IMG/VR virus record: IMGVR_UViG_3300037245_001177
Coordinates: 1-50,063 of that record
Length of the DNA stretch: 50,063 nucleotides
Origin: a virus
Taxonomy: Duplodnaviria; Caudoviricetes
Direction: 5' to 3' (one strand)
The translations under genes and the position numbers were made by a program. Of this stretch, positions 10,387 through 19,884 are shown in pieces. Positions within the stretch are counted from its first letter, which is position 1. The number at the start of each line of letters is the position of its first letter. Under the pieces are notes generated by a model that saw only the letters and a list, made by a program, of their open reading frames with translations, did no database searches and was not told the origin of the DNA.

Positions 10387-11808
10387 TTAAAAAGGGCTAT
10401 CACCATCATTCGGATCTTGTTTAAACTCATTTACATCAAAATCGTCTGGGTGAGTATAATGTGAATCAATATCTGAGAATAAAGTATATTTACCTTCAAA
10501 CTTCATTCTAGCTTTTATTAATGCACCATTTCTATTTTTAGCAACAATACATTCGGCCTCTCCAATACAATTAGAATGTTCGTCATCATCCCATTCAGTA
10601 ATACCATAATATTCAGGTCTGTATAAAAACTCTACAACATCAGCATCTTGCTCAATGGCTCCGGATTCTCTTAAATCAGAAAGTAAAGGTCTTTTACTAC
10701 CACCTCTTGTTTCTACACCTCTTGAAAGTTGAGATAGTGCTACAACTGGTATATTTAATTCCTTTGCAACTAATTTTAAACCTCTTGATATTTTAGAAAT
10801 TTCTTGTTCTCTATTTCCACCTTTACCACTAGAAGTCATTAATTGCAAATAATCTACAATAATAAATTTTATGTTATGTTTGCTTTTTAATCTCTTTGCT
10901 TTTACTTGAAATTGCTCAATAGTTAAATTAGCAGTATCATCAATATAGAATGGTAGTTTTGTTAATTCACTTCTTTTATATTCAATTTGCCTTAAATCTT
11001 CTTCACTAAGGCCGTGAACGTTAAATTTCTGATTATCAATTCTACATTCCATTGAAATAATACGAGATGCAAGTTGCTCTTTACTCATTTCAAGACTAAA
11101 AAATGCAGTAGGATATCCTTCTCTTGCAGCAAATAAACCTTTAGAAACAGCAAATGCAGTTTTACCCATTCCTGGCCTTGCAGCTAAAATAATTAATTCA
11201 GAATTTCTCCAACCACCAGTAGCATCAGTTAGTTTTTTAATTGGAGTACTAATACCAGGTTTAATTTCTTTGTTGAATATTTTTTTACCTCTTTCTAAAA
11301 CACCATCAATAATTGAAGAAAAAGTACTTTCCTGTTTTTTAATAGCAGATTCAGAAACATTATTTAATTCACCATGAGCTTTATCAAGTACATCAAAAAC
11401 ATCTGTAGTTTCATCATAACTACTTTCAATAATTTTGGAACCACTTACAATTAAACATCTTTTAATATGTTTTTCGAGTATAATTCTACTATGCCTTTCA
11501 ATATGAGCAGAAGATGCAACTACTTGCGACAATTGCATAATGTAAAAATCACCACCTACAGTTTCTAAATTTCCTTGATCTCTTAATAAATTTGCTACAG
11601 TTAAAATATCTACATCACCAGAAGTTCTATAAATTTCTAAGATGGCACCATAAATTAATTTGTGAGGTTCTTTATAGAACATTTCAGCTTCTAAAAACTC
11701 AATTTCTACTATTGATCTTTTATCAATTAATAAGGCTCCTAAAACAGCCTCTTCTAAATCTGTAGCTTGAGGTGGTATTTTCCCTTTTTCTAAATAGTTT
11801 GTTTTCAT
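10387..11808 (-). CDS. dnaB: Replicative DNA helicase
   Basis: ILAARPGMGKT, FFSLEMS, IIVDYLQL, LSQLSR, DLRESGAIEQDAD, AKNRNG. Confidence 0.97.
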   Translation of the reverse strand: MKTNYLEKGKIPPQATDLEEAVLGALLIDKRSIVEIEFLEAEMFYKEPHKLIYGAILEIYRTSGDVDILTVANLLRDQGNLETVGGDFYIMQLSQVVASSAHIERHSRIILEKHIKRCLIVSGSKIIESSYDETTDVFDVLDKAHGELNNVSESAIKKQESTFSSIIDGVLERGKKIFNKEIKPGISTPIKKLTDATGGWRNSELIILAARPGMGKTAFAVSKGLFAAREGYPTAFFSLEMSKEQLASRIISMECRIDNQKFNVHGLSEEDLRQIEYKRSELTKLPFYIDDTANLTIEQFQVKAKRLKSKHNIKFIIVDYLQLMTSSGKGGNREQEISKISRGLKLVAKELNIPVVALSQLSRGVETRGGSKRPLLSDLRESGAIEQDADVVEFLYRPEYYGITEWDDDEHSNCIGEAECIVAKNRNGALIKARMKFEGKYTLFSDIDSHYTHPDDFDVNEFKQDPNDGDSPF

Positions 11809-12419
11809 TATACTAATCTTATATTATCGGTTGTATTATTTTGTTCTGGTCCTTTAAATTTTGTTTTATTTTTCTTCCAAGTTGCGAGTCTCCTGGAAAT
11901 TCCGAAACTTTTTTCTTTCTCCCATCTCATTTTAATATCTTTTGGTCCGTGTTCGGTCCAATACTGGTAGAATTCATTTAGAATAATTTTTCCAAATTTA
12001 TCTAGGAATGGCACCAACAACTCTTTAAAATCTGATTTCCTTTCTTCGATTGGTTTTTTCTTTTCATCTACAATTGCATCTCCTTGAGATTGGTAATGGT
12101 CGTATTTACAAATAGAAATTATAGTATTTGATTGGTCTGAACTTACTTCAATCATTTTATCATCTTCTAATATTTTTAAAAACCTTCGGACCTTAGATTT
12201 ATTCCAATCCCATTGAAAAGCCAAATCTCCAAGTGTAGTAACTGTTTCACCTCTACCAATTTTTATAACATCGGTTTTCTTTTTCATTTTAGCTTCAACC
12301 GGATTTGATCTTAGAAGAATATCAATCCAAGCCTCAGCTTTAGAATATACTCTGCTTTCGGTCCAAAGCCAATGTTTTTGGAGTTTTCGATGTAAGGATA
12401 TCCACCCTATTCCGTTCAT
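11808..12419 (-). CDS. Phage replication initiator (O/DnaD-like)
   Basis: GWISLHRKL...AWIDILL N-terminus with winged-helix-like region; C-terminal FYQYWTE...MRWE...RRLATW; adjacent to dnaB. Confidence 0.75.
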   Translation of the reverse strand: MNGIGWISLHRKLQKHWLWTESRVYSKAEAWIDILLRSNPVEAKMKKKTDVIKIGRGETVTTLGDLAFQWDWNKSKVRRFLKILEDDKMIEVSSDQSNTIISICKYDHYQSQGDAIVDEKKKPIEERKSDFKELLVPFLDKFGKIILNEFYQYWTEHGPKDIKMRWEKEKSFGISRRLATWKKNKTKFKGPEQNNTTDNIRLV

Positions 12420-12456
12420 TGTAGGTAGTTTAATTAGGTAATTGACTTAATTGTTT

Positions 12457-12834
12457 TCATAATTCTAAAGTATTTTCTAAACTTGTTATTTTAAAATCTA
12501 AAAATTCATCTCCTTTTTTAACAATCCTTTTTTCTACAGCTCCAAAATAAATAACACTATCGTTAAACTTGTATTTAGTTTGAAGAACATCTTGAAGAGG
12601 TTTTATTGGGTTATCCCAATCAGATCCTTTATTTGAAAAACCCCAAATGAAATCTATTCTAAGCCTACCTGTTGGTATTTCTATTTTTTTTGGTAGCAGA
12701 AAACCTAAATCTCTTTCAAATTGCTTATACTTATCAGATTTTGTTCTCTTTACTGTTTTAGCTTGTTTACATCTTGTGCAATATGTATTCCAAGCCTGAT
12801 TTACTGATAATGGTTTAATTTTTATTCGAGTCAT
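12457..12834 (-). CDS. rusA: RusA-family Holliday junction resolvase
   Basis: PLSVN and DWDNPIKPLQDVL...ND motifs. Confidence 0.8.
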   Translation of the reverse strand: MTRIKIKPLSVNQAWNTYCTRCKQAKTVKRTKSDKYKQFERDLGFLLPKKIEIPTGRLRIDFIWGFSNKGSDWDNPIKPLQDVLQTKYKFNDSVIYFGAVEKRIVKKGDEFLDFKITSLENTLEL

Positions 12835-12836
12835 AA

Positions 12837-12965
12837 TTATTTATGATATTTACTTTTATGAGTGTATTCTTTTCTTTGTAATTTTCTGAGAGATTCACCT
12901 AATTTAATAACAGATTCAGCAGCTTCAACACAAGCTATCTTTATTTTTTTACCGAAATTTTCCAT
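12837..12965 (-). CDS. Small hypothetical protein (42 aa)
   Basis: Read by hand (MENFGKKIKIACVEAAES...); fills the operon gap. Confidence 0.5.
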   Translation of the reverse strand: MENFGKKIKIACVEAAESVIKLGESLRKLQRKEYTHKSKYHK

Positions 12966-12976
12966 AATTTTTGTTT

Positions 12977-13264
12977 TTAAAATTCTAATGAGTTAACATA
13001 AGCCTTTCTAATTTCGATATGAGATTTAAGATCTGTTAAAGTTGCTATTTCAATTGTAAATTCAGGGTTAAATATTTCTAACAAAACAGAAATATCATAA
13101 CTTAAAGCAGATAAACTACTTACTAAATCGTTCTTATGATCTTCATTTAAAGGATGGAGTGCTTCAAACCAATCTTCTGTATCGTCTACAATATCTATTG
13201 TTATTTGATGGTAGTTGTCCGTATTATCTTCAACATCATTAATTATTTCTTCAAAAGTTTTCAT
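12977..13264 (-). CDS. Acidic hypothetical protein
   Basis: ORF track; co-oriented within the operon. Confidence 0.6.
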   Translation of the reverse strand: MKTFEEIINDVEDNTDNYHQITIDIVDDTEDWFEALHPLNEDHKNDLVSSLSALSYDISVLLEIFNPEFTIEIATLTDLKSHIEIRKAYVNSLEF

Positions 13265-13351
13265 TTCTGCTTATTTTGTTTAGAATTAATATTCCTCCTA
13301 TAATTGCTATTAAAATTGCATTTGCTATGTAATGTATTAATAATAATTCCA

Positions 13352-13699
13352 TTATAATAAATCTTTATTTTCGTGAATGTTTCCTACAACTTCCATAAAA
13401 CTACAATCGTGGTAAGCTAAAGGTTGTTTACAGTTGCAGAATTGAGTATTAGCACTATTTTTAGTTGTAAACATACCATCTTCAAAAATAACGGTACTGT
13501 AAAACGCAAAATGGTCTATAATATCACCCTCGTAAATCTCTTTTCCGTTTTTATCTTTTAAGCCAGTAAATTGCATAGGCTCAGATACTTTTATATTTCT
13601 TTCAAAATAAGAAAGTCCTAAATCTATTCTTGCACCAGGAAAATGCTTAAACATAACTTTTGTTTGGTGGTTATAAACTCTAAATTTTATTGTTTTCAT
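13352..13699 (-). CDS. YopX-family protein
   Basis: IKFR...MQFTGLKDKNGKEIYEGDI...EVVGNIHENKDLL. Confidence 0.9.
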   Translation of the reverse strand: MKTIKFRVYNHQTKVMFKHFPGARIDLGLSYFERNIKVSEPMQFTGLKDKNGKEIYEGDIIDHFAFYSTVIFEDGMFTTKNSANTQFCNCKQPLAYHDCSFMEVVGNIHENKDLL

Positions 13700-13701
13700 A
13701 A

Positions 13702-14439
13702 TTAAAAAGGATTAATGTTAAAATCTATTTCGAGATTAGGACATGCAACTGTTACTGTTTTTAAAGTCATCGCCTCAATTTCTTTTTGAAATTGTATCTC
13801 ATCACTATTTGCGTCAGATAAATGTATCAGTACAATATTATTTACTTTAGTTAGATCATTTGCCAGGAGTAGTTTCTTACAAGTTTCAATACTTAAGTGA
13901 GATTCCACTACTCTATTGCGAACAAACGTGTTTAAGTTACCATATCCGGCTTTACTATCCATAATTTCTTCACTATAATTTGCCTCAATTATAATATTGT
14001 TGAGGTTTTTAAACTTATAAGGTGAATAATAAGTATCAGTAAGGAAAAGAACATTACCACATTCTTTGTGGTGAATTAAATATCCGAATGGTTCTACAGC
14101 ATCGTGCTTAACATCGAATGGTAGTATCGTAAAACCACCTATTTTTTGTTTTTCAAGTTTCTTAATAAATCTTTGTCTATGATGATTTGAACCTATTGAA
14201 CTTAGCGTACCACTTGAGGCATAAACATCAATTCCTTTGTTCATAACTTCATTAATTGCAACACAATGATCTTTATGTTCGTGAGTTACGATACAACCGA
14301 CAACTTTAGTTAAATCAAAGTCTAATGCTTTTTGGATTTGAGGAAACTTGACACCACATTCGAGCATCAAAGTTTCCTCGTTATTTCCAAGTAAGTAGCA
14401 ATTACCTTTACTGTTGCTATTAATAACTTTAAGTTTCAT
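13702..14439 (-). CDS. MBL-fold metallo-hydrolase (YycJ-like, probable exonuclease partner of RecT)
   Basis: SKGNCY, THEHKDH, HD, TDT, IEANY, HLS motifs. Confidence 0.88.
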   Translation of the reverse strand: MKLKVINSNSKGNCYLLGNNEETLMLECGVKFPQIQKALDFDLTKVVGCIVTHEHKDHCVAINEVMNKGIDVYASSGTLSSIGSNHHRQRFIKKLEKQKIGGFTILPFDVKHDAVEPFGYLIHHKECGNVLFLTDTYYSPYKFKNLNNIIIEANYSEEIMDSKAGYGNLNTFVRNRVVESHLSIETCKKLLLANDLTKVNNIVLIHLSDANSDEIQFQKEIEAMTLKTVTVACPNLEIDFNINPF

Positions 14440-14442
14440 TAC

Positions 14443-15369
14443 TTAAAATCCTGGTTGCTGCATCATATCAACCTGGCCACTTGCATCAACATCTTTTTTC
14501 AAAGGAGTAGTAGTTGTAGGTTTCTTTTTTATTGGAGCCTCAACTTTTTTTGCTTCAATTTCAATTTCTTTTACATCTTCTGCTTCAATTTCAATTACAG
14601 TAGTATTTGCATTTTCTTCAATTTCACTTTTTACATCTTCTGCAACAACATCAATAGTAGTTTCGTTATCATCACCACCAATTCCTAAAACTCTATCATC
14701 GGAACCTCTAATCAATAATTTACAAGCTCTATTAATAACAGTTTTAATACTCATTTGACCAGGAAAGTTTTTATGGGCTGGAGAATTACCTTTCATAGCT
14801 CCTTGGTTCCACGCTTTTCTGATTTGATTCATATTCATTATCTCAGTATCAAAAGTGCCATCCATCAATTCTTTTACAGCATACGCTCCAATAACTTCAC
14901 CACTTAAACTTTCTAAAGTTTGTTTGTGTTTTGTAACTTTTTTTCTTCCAGTTGCAGTATCAACTTCAAATTCAAATTCATCACCTTTTCTTACAGATAC
15001 ACCACTAATATTTTTAAGGCCACCATATCTTCTTGCCAAGGCAATATTACCAGTATATTCAATAGAACATTCAAGTTTTTTTCCGTACATTATCAAATCA
15101 CATTGTTTTTTTAGTGGAGACAATCCCCAAACAACCATTTTCAATAATGCGTTTGCAATAGATTCCTGAGTGCAATGTGTTAAGGCATTTTGGCCTTGTT
15201 TATTGCTAGTTTCTGCTAAGATTAAGTAAGCAGATTTAAGTGCATTTTCTGGAGAATAATCTTTAGGTATTTTTAATTCTCCACTATTCTTGAAAGATTC
15301 AACTTTCGCTAATACGTGAACAGTAATGTCTTTTTTTACTACTGCTACTTTTTTAGATACATCTGTCAT
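14443..15369 (-). CDS. recT: RecT-family single-strand annealing protein
   Basis: SIANALLKMVVWGLSP, Y.GNIALARR, GAYA, H..F..QM..KTVINRACK. Confidence 0.88.
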   Translation of the reverse strand: MTDVSKKVAVVKKDITVHVLAKVESFKNSGELKIPKDYSPENALKSAYLILAETSNKQGQNALTHCTQESIANALLKMVVWGLSPLKKQCDLIMYGKKLECSIEYTGNIALARRYGGLKNISGVSVRKGDEFEFEVDTATGRKKVTKHKQTLESLSGEVIGAYAVKELMDGTFDTEIMNMNQIRKAWNQGAMKGNSPAHKNFPGQMSIKTVINRACKLLIRGSDDRVLGIGGDDNETTIDVVAEDVKSEIEENANTTVIEIEAEDVKEIEIEAKKVEAPIKKKPTTTTPLKKDVDASGQVDMMQQPGF

Positions 15370-15396
15370 TTTATTTAATTTTAAGTTATTTAATGA

Positions 15397-15519
15397 TTAC
15401 CAAGATTCTCGTTCTTGTCGTTCTTTTTCTGCTTCTATTTCATTGAGATATGTTTCTCTTTTTTCAAAATCTGTCATATCACTATCATCTATTCTGTTGT
15501 ATAAATCGTTTCTTTCCAT
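15397..15519 (-). CDS. Small charged hypothetical protein (40 aa)
   Basis: Read by hand (MERNDLYNRIDDSDMTDFEKRE...); starts 2 nt after the upstream stop. Confidence 0.5.
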   Translation of the reverse strand: MERNDLYNRIDDSDMTDFEKRETYLNEIEAEKERQERESW

Positions 15520-15521
15520 AA

Positions 15522-17471
15522 TTACTTAATTACTAATTTTTTATCCTTAGAAACTACTAAATTAACCAATTGGCTTTCACAAGGTATTAATCTATTAACA
15601 GATTCTCGGTTATCAATGAAAATAGGTGCATTTACTTCATAATAATTTGTAAGTGTATTAATGATGTCAATACCAATATTAATACGAGCTGCATTGTTTA
15701 AATCAGGGAATGGCACACCTTTATATAATGTTTCACAAGATGGAATTCTACCACCATTTATTTGAGTTTCGAACAGTTTAAATTTAGCAAACTTAAATTT
15801 ACTATTTATTTTTGTTTCTAAGGCATTTACTTTTGCTTTTTCGAAGTTTTCCACCTCAAATTCTTGCATTTCAAGTTCAGAAATTTGTTGAGCCAGTTTC
15901 TTTTCTTCTTCTTCTAGTTGGCCAACTCTAATTTTAGCATTTCCAATAGCTGTTTCTTCTGATAATTCAACTTTTAAATTTGATAATTCATTTGATAATG
16001 TATCTCTTCTCATTGGAAGATCCGAATTTTCAAAAGTAGGTTTATCGTTAGTTTTTTCTAAATCAGAAATTTTAGATTCTAAAGAATTATATTCTGAATT
16101 CTTAGATAAAATAAATTCTATAGAAACAGATCCTTTTGGTACATTTAATTTTCCCTCTTCTGCTTCAATTTGTTTTTGTAAAGAGTTAATTTCTTTATTA
16201 CAATTAGTTAATAACACACCTAATTCGTCATGTAGTTTCTCTGCTTTTTCAAGACTACCTTTTAAAGATCCACCTTTAGTGTTAATAGATTTTAATTCAT
16301 TCGACTTATTAAGTTTGAAATTAGTTTCAAATTGTTGTTTCTTAGATTCTAAATCTTCAACTTCTCTTTTACAAGTAGGACAAACACCTTTGCTTTCATC
16401 AAAAACAAAAACTTTTTCATTTTCAGTATTCCATTCTTTTCTTAAATCTAATAAGTCAACATTATAAGATTTAATTAAATCTTCTTGAGATGATAAATCT
16501 CTTTTAATTTGATTGAATACTGAATTATTTACAGTAACTTTACTTCTTAACTCAGTTAATTTAATACCTTTTTCTCTATCAATTTTAGCAAGTTTTTCTT
16601 TTTCATTAAATGAAATCTGTTGCAATTTAGATTTGTAACCAAAAATTTCATCCTGGACCTTAGTGTAATTTTGTTGGGCCTTACTTCTTAAGGTTGACTC
16701 ATCAGAAATAGAATCGTTAATACCTTTCAATTCAAGTTCTGTAACTGCTATATCAGATCTTATTTGAACGAAATTCCTATCAGTTGTAGTATTGCGTGAA
16801 ACTTCATCAATACGAGTAGGAATAACCTTTAAATCATCATTCAACTTCTTTTTTCTAGCTGATAATTCTTTACGGAATTCCTCAATAGTTTTTTGACCTA
16901 ATCCGGTTATTAATTTAAGGAATGTTTCATTTCCTTCTGCAATTTCCATATCAGAAACATCTCCACAAATGTTAATTAAAACACCTCTTCTTTTTTGCCA
17001 ATCCAATTCATTAAAATATAAAGGGTTGGTAATTAGTTTAAAGATACCTTCATCAACCCATTGATTAACTTTAGAAGTATATTCGCTAGATTTCATAGGA
17101 ACATCATTCCAATAGTATAAAGTTTCATGACCTGTAAATTCGGTTTCTAATGATCCTCTTTTTTTAACCCATTTTTCCTTAAAAACTCTTTTTAGGGTAG
17201 TCAATACACCATCAACTTCTAATCCCATAGAAACAAAATGTTCAATCTTAGGAATAGCTACATTATTTTCATCCAAAGTTTTAATATTGAATTGAGTTTT
17301 CCCTAGAGAATTTTTACCAAATAAACAAAATAAAAACCCATCAAATATAGTGGTTTTAAAAGTTGCATTATCTCCACAAATATTAGTGGAAATTTCATCA
17401 AAATCAACTGAAAAATCTCTAAGACCTTTGAAGTTGTAAAATGACATTGTTTTTAGTTTTAATTTTTTCAT
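15522..17471 (-). CDS. SMC/Rad50-like ATPase
   Basis: NFKG, Walker A GDNATFKTT, long coiled coil with CPTC hook, Walker B PIFIDNRES. Confidence 0.88.
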   Translation of the reverse strand: MKKLKLKTMSFYNFKGLRDFSVDFDEISTNICGDNATFKTTIFDGFLFCLFGKNSLGKTQFNIKTLDENNVAIPKIEHFVSMGLEVDGVLTTLKRVFKEKWVKKRGSLETEFTGHETLYYWNDVPMKSSEYTSKVNQWVDEGIFKLITNPLYFNELDWQKRRGVLINICGDVSDMEIAEGNETFLKLITGLGQKTIEEFRKELSARKKKLNDDLKVIPTRIDEVSRNTTTDRNFVQIRSDIAVTELELKGINDSISDESTLRSKAQQNYTKVQDEIFGYKSKLQQISFNEKEKLAKIDREKGIKLTELRSKVTVNNSVFNQIKRDLSSQEDLIKSYNVDLLDLRKEWNTENEKVFVFDESKGVCPTCKREVEDLESKKQQFETNFKLNKSNELKSINTKGGSLKGSLEKAEKLHDELGVLLTNCNKEINSLQKQIEAEEGKLNVPKGSVSIEFILSKNSEYNSLESKISDLEKTNDKPTFENSDLPMRRDTLSNELSNLKVELSEETAIGNAKIRVGQLEEEEKKLAQQISELEMQEFEVENFEKAKVNALETKINSKFKFAKFKLFETQINGGRIPSCETLYKGVPFPDLNNAARINIGIDIINTLTNYYEVNAPIFIDNRESVNRLIPCESQLVNLVVSKDKKLVIK

Positions 17472-17511
17472 AATATTATAGTTTATTTATTAAAATCTCG
17501 TTTGTAATTAA

Positions 17512-17730
17512 TTAAATACTATTATCTAATTCTTCTAGTTTCTCCAGGAAATCTAAGTTAATAGTCCTTCCATTCAAATAATCCCAATTCTTAGTAGATT
17601 TTTTAATCATATACCTACCAATCATTTCCATAACTGGCTGCTTAACCCCTTTGTGTTGTAAAGAACTTCTTAATTGATACAATCTCAGCTTGTAATCTAC
17701 AACATTGAATTTTTTAGTTTTTGCCATCAT
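17512..17730 (-). CDS. Hypothetical protein, possibly a small DNA-binding regulator
   Basis: 72 aa basic ORF at the head of the replication operon. Confidence 0.55.
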   Translation of the reverse strand: MMAKTKKFNVVDYKLRLYQLRSSLQHKGVKQPVMEMIGRYMIKKSTKNWDYLNGRTINLDFLEKLEELDNSI

Positions 17731-17775
17731 TTTGTTTTTTGCTAAGTTATGTATTATTTATTTATTGTACAAGTA

Positions 17776-18051
17776 TTAACTAGCTTTTTGTAAATATTCG
17801 TATAAATTTCTTACTGAGGTTTGATCTGATAAGTCAAAACTTTGACGTTTAATTAAAGATGTTAATACCTCCATTTTAGATAAAATATAAAAATTACCAT
17901 TTAACGTGTAACCAATAGAATATTTTTTAACTCTTTTTTTACTAAATCTATTTGTGCGATAATTGAAAAGTCTTTTATCTACTGTAAAAGCGTAGTCATC
18001 AAAACCTTTTATTTTCCACTTGGCAATATAAATTAAAGAGTAATCTTTCAT
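17776..18051 (-). CDS. Basic hypothetical protein with NUMOD4-like pattern, adjacent to the end of the array
   Basis: WKIKGFDDYAFT...LFN.RT.R...GY.LNG; K/R-rich. Confidence 0.55.
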   Translation of the reverse strand: MKDYSLIYIAKWKIKGFDDYAFTVDKRLFNYRTNRFSKKRVKKYSIGYTLNGNFYILSKMEVLTSLIKRQSFDLSDQTSVRNLYEYLQKAS

Positions 18052-18118
18052 TTTTGGTTTGGCACTAGTATTAATTGATTATCAGATAGTTAAGTGTTTT
18101 AGTGTTTTGTTTATCAGT

Positions 18119-18229
18119 AGTTGGTAGTGATATTAGCATATTACGTATTGTCCTAAAAAGTCATTAATAACCTCAACTACATAATTTTTGCTAAATGCTA
18201 GGAAAACTTACCTAAAACCTCAACCAACT
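18119..18229. repeat. Non-coding array element A1 (111 bp)
   Basis: AGTTGGT...ACCAACT ends; 2 mismatches to 19735-19845. Confidence 0.95.
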
Positions 18230-18268
18230 CTCAATAAACGGTATTAAAAAATTATCCATCTACAGGTT

Positions 18269-19129
18269 TTAATTTGCCTTACAAAAACAATCAGTTTCGT
18301 AATCCATTTTCGTGTCAAATAAATTACCTTGTGTTTTTTCTAATTCGTGTTTATCTTGAACTGTTCTGAATGGCAGTTTTGCTTTTTCCACTATTTCTTC
18401 AAATGTTATATGGTTTCTTAAATCAAATCTTGGTAATTTTTCAGTACCATATTTATTTTCCATCTTGATCCACCATTCAACACTTTTAGGATTTTCTTTA
18501 ATTAATGTCATTCGTTTACGTAAACTCTTTTTAAAACATAAATCACAATTACCTTGATAATCATTTATCCCTAAATCAAAACTTTGTCTATCCCACCAAT
18601 TTCTTATAAAACTACTATCCACTTGTATATCGTAAATTAATGGATAAATGATGCCTTGATCTAAAGATGTATTACTTTCCCTATGTCTTTCATCAAATCT
18701 AATTCCCATTGCTTTAACAACTTCTTTATAACCTAACGATTTAACAAACTTATCTATTGGCACTTGTTTTAATTCTCTTGTACAGTTAGATGCGTAGCTT
18801 GTTGGTATTGGGTATGCTTGCATCATTGCTTCAAATGGTTCACCATTTCTCGATGCAGTTTCATAATCAACAACTTTAAAATCAGTACCAACACCTTTTT
18901 CTTTATTAATCTTTGCTTCAATCCAAACTACATTTAAATTCCACTCTTTATCACATTTATTAATAAAATCTAATGTTTCTGGCAATTCTTTTCCTGTATT
19001 TGCATATATATATAATTTATCATATTCATCATATTTACAGTAATCTTTTAAAAACAACCCCATAAAAGCTGATGTACGACCTCCACTAAATGTGCAAACT
19101 AATAATTTATCTTTTTTCATACTTTCCAC
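18269..19129 (-). CDS. PAPS-reductase / adenine nucleotide alpha-hydrolase family protein (likely start 19120)
   Basis: FSGGRTS PP-loop, ANTGKE, CTRELK, GIRFDE..R, YPL, GNCDLCFKK. Confidence 0.85.
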   Translation of the reverse strand: MESMKKDKLLVCTFSGGRTSAFMGLFLKDYCKYDEYDKLYIYANTGKELPETLDFINKCDKEWNLNVVWIEAKINKEKGVGTDFKVVDYETASRNGEPFEAMMQAYPIPTSYASNCTRELKQVPIDKFVKSLGYKEVVKAMGIRFDERHRESNTSLDQGIIYPLIYDIQVDSSFIRNWWDRQSFDLGINDYQGNCDLCFKKSLRKRMTLIKENPKSVEWWIKMENKYGTEKLPRFDLRNHITFEEIVEKAKLPFRTVQDKHELEKTQGNLFDTKMDYETDCFCKAN

Positions 19130-19290
19130 ATATCAGGGTAATTATTGTTATTTGAAAATTCTATTTCACCGTTACAAATAGGACATTCAAAATCAAGACT
19201 AATTAAATCTCGCCAACAATCATTTATTTTTATAACAGGTTCTGCAACACCATCTGTTGCTATTATATTGTTACATTTACATTTTTTCAT
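19117..19290 (-). CDS. Small Cys-rich protein (57 aa), possible zinc ribbon
   Basis: Read by hand (MKKCKCNN...FECPICNGEI...); ATGA overlap with the next gene. Confidence 0.6.
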   Translation of the reverse strand: MKKCKCNNIIATDGVAEPVIKINDCWRDLISLDFECPICNGEIEFSNNNNYPDMWKV

Positions 19291-19376
19291 AATATTGTTA
19301 TTTTAATTATTAATATTTGGCTAAAGCCATTTGCATTTCAAATTTTTTAAAATCGTTTATCGTGTTAAGTTCTAAA

Positions 19377-19709
19377 CTATAAAACAATTTTTGTTAATTC
19401 ATTCAATGGTATGCTTATGTAAACATTTTTCGTGAAATTGTTTTGTATGTTTGCAACTTTTTTTTCATAATCTATGAGAAGTATTCTGCATTTTATACTA
19501 TCAAAAATAACTTTATCGTATTTTTTAAAACTATTGTTTAACAGTAGAGAACTCTGGAATAAAACCAATAAATTTTTAACTTCAGTTATTTCTTCCTTCA
19601 CTCGTTTTGCACTCGATAAATTATTACCATCATCATCATCTTCAAAATATCCTAATTCATAATCAAGTGTTTTAAGTCTTTGCTCTAAGTATTCTTTTAT
19701 TTCTTTCAT
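19377..19709 (-). CDS. Hypothetical protein, in-frame fusion across an array core
   Basis: Q52-SSL is encoded by CAG AGT TCT CTA across the core at 19550-19553. Confidence 0.7.
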   Translation of the reverse strand: MKEIKEYLEQRLKTLDYELGYFEDDDDGNNLSSAKRVKEEITEVKNLLVLFQSSLLLNNSFKKYDKVIFDSIKCRILLIDYEKKVANIQNNFTKNVYISIPLNELTKIVL

Positions 19710-19734
19710 AATATTTAATTGTTTTATTCGTGCT

Positions 19735-19845
19735 AGTTGGTAGTGATATTAGCATATTACGTATTGTCCTAAAAAGTTATTAATAACCTCAACTACATAA
19801 TTTTTGTTAAATGCTAGGAAAACTTACCTAAAACCTCAACCAACT
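19735..19845. repeat. Non-coding array element A3 (111 bp)
   Basis: Near-identical to 18119-18229. Confidence 0.95.
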
Positions 19846-19884
19846 CTGCGTATAAGTGATATAAATTAGCCTTTACGCTTTGTT

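Noticed and set aside
13702-17471. SMC-like ATPase + RecT + MBL hydrolase as a novel system
   Set aside because: This is a common phage recombination module.
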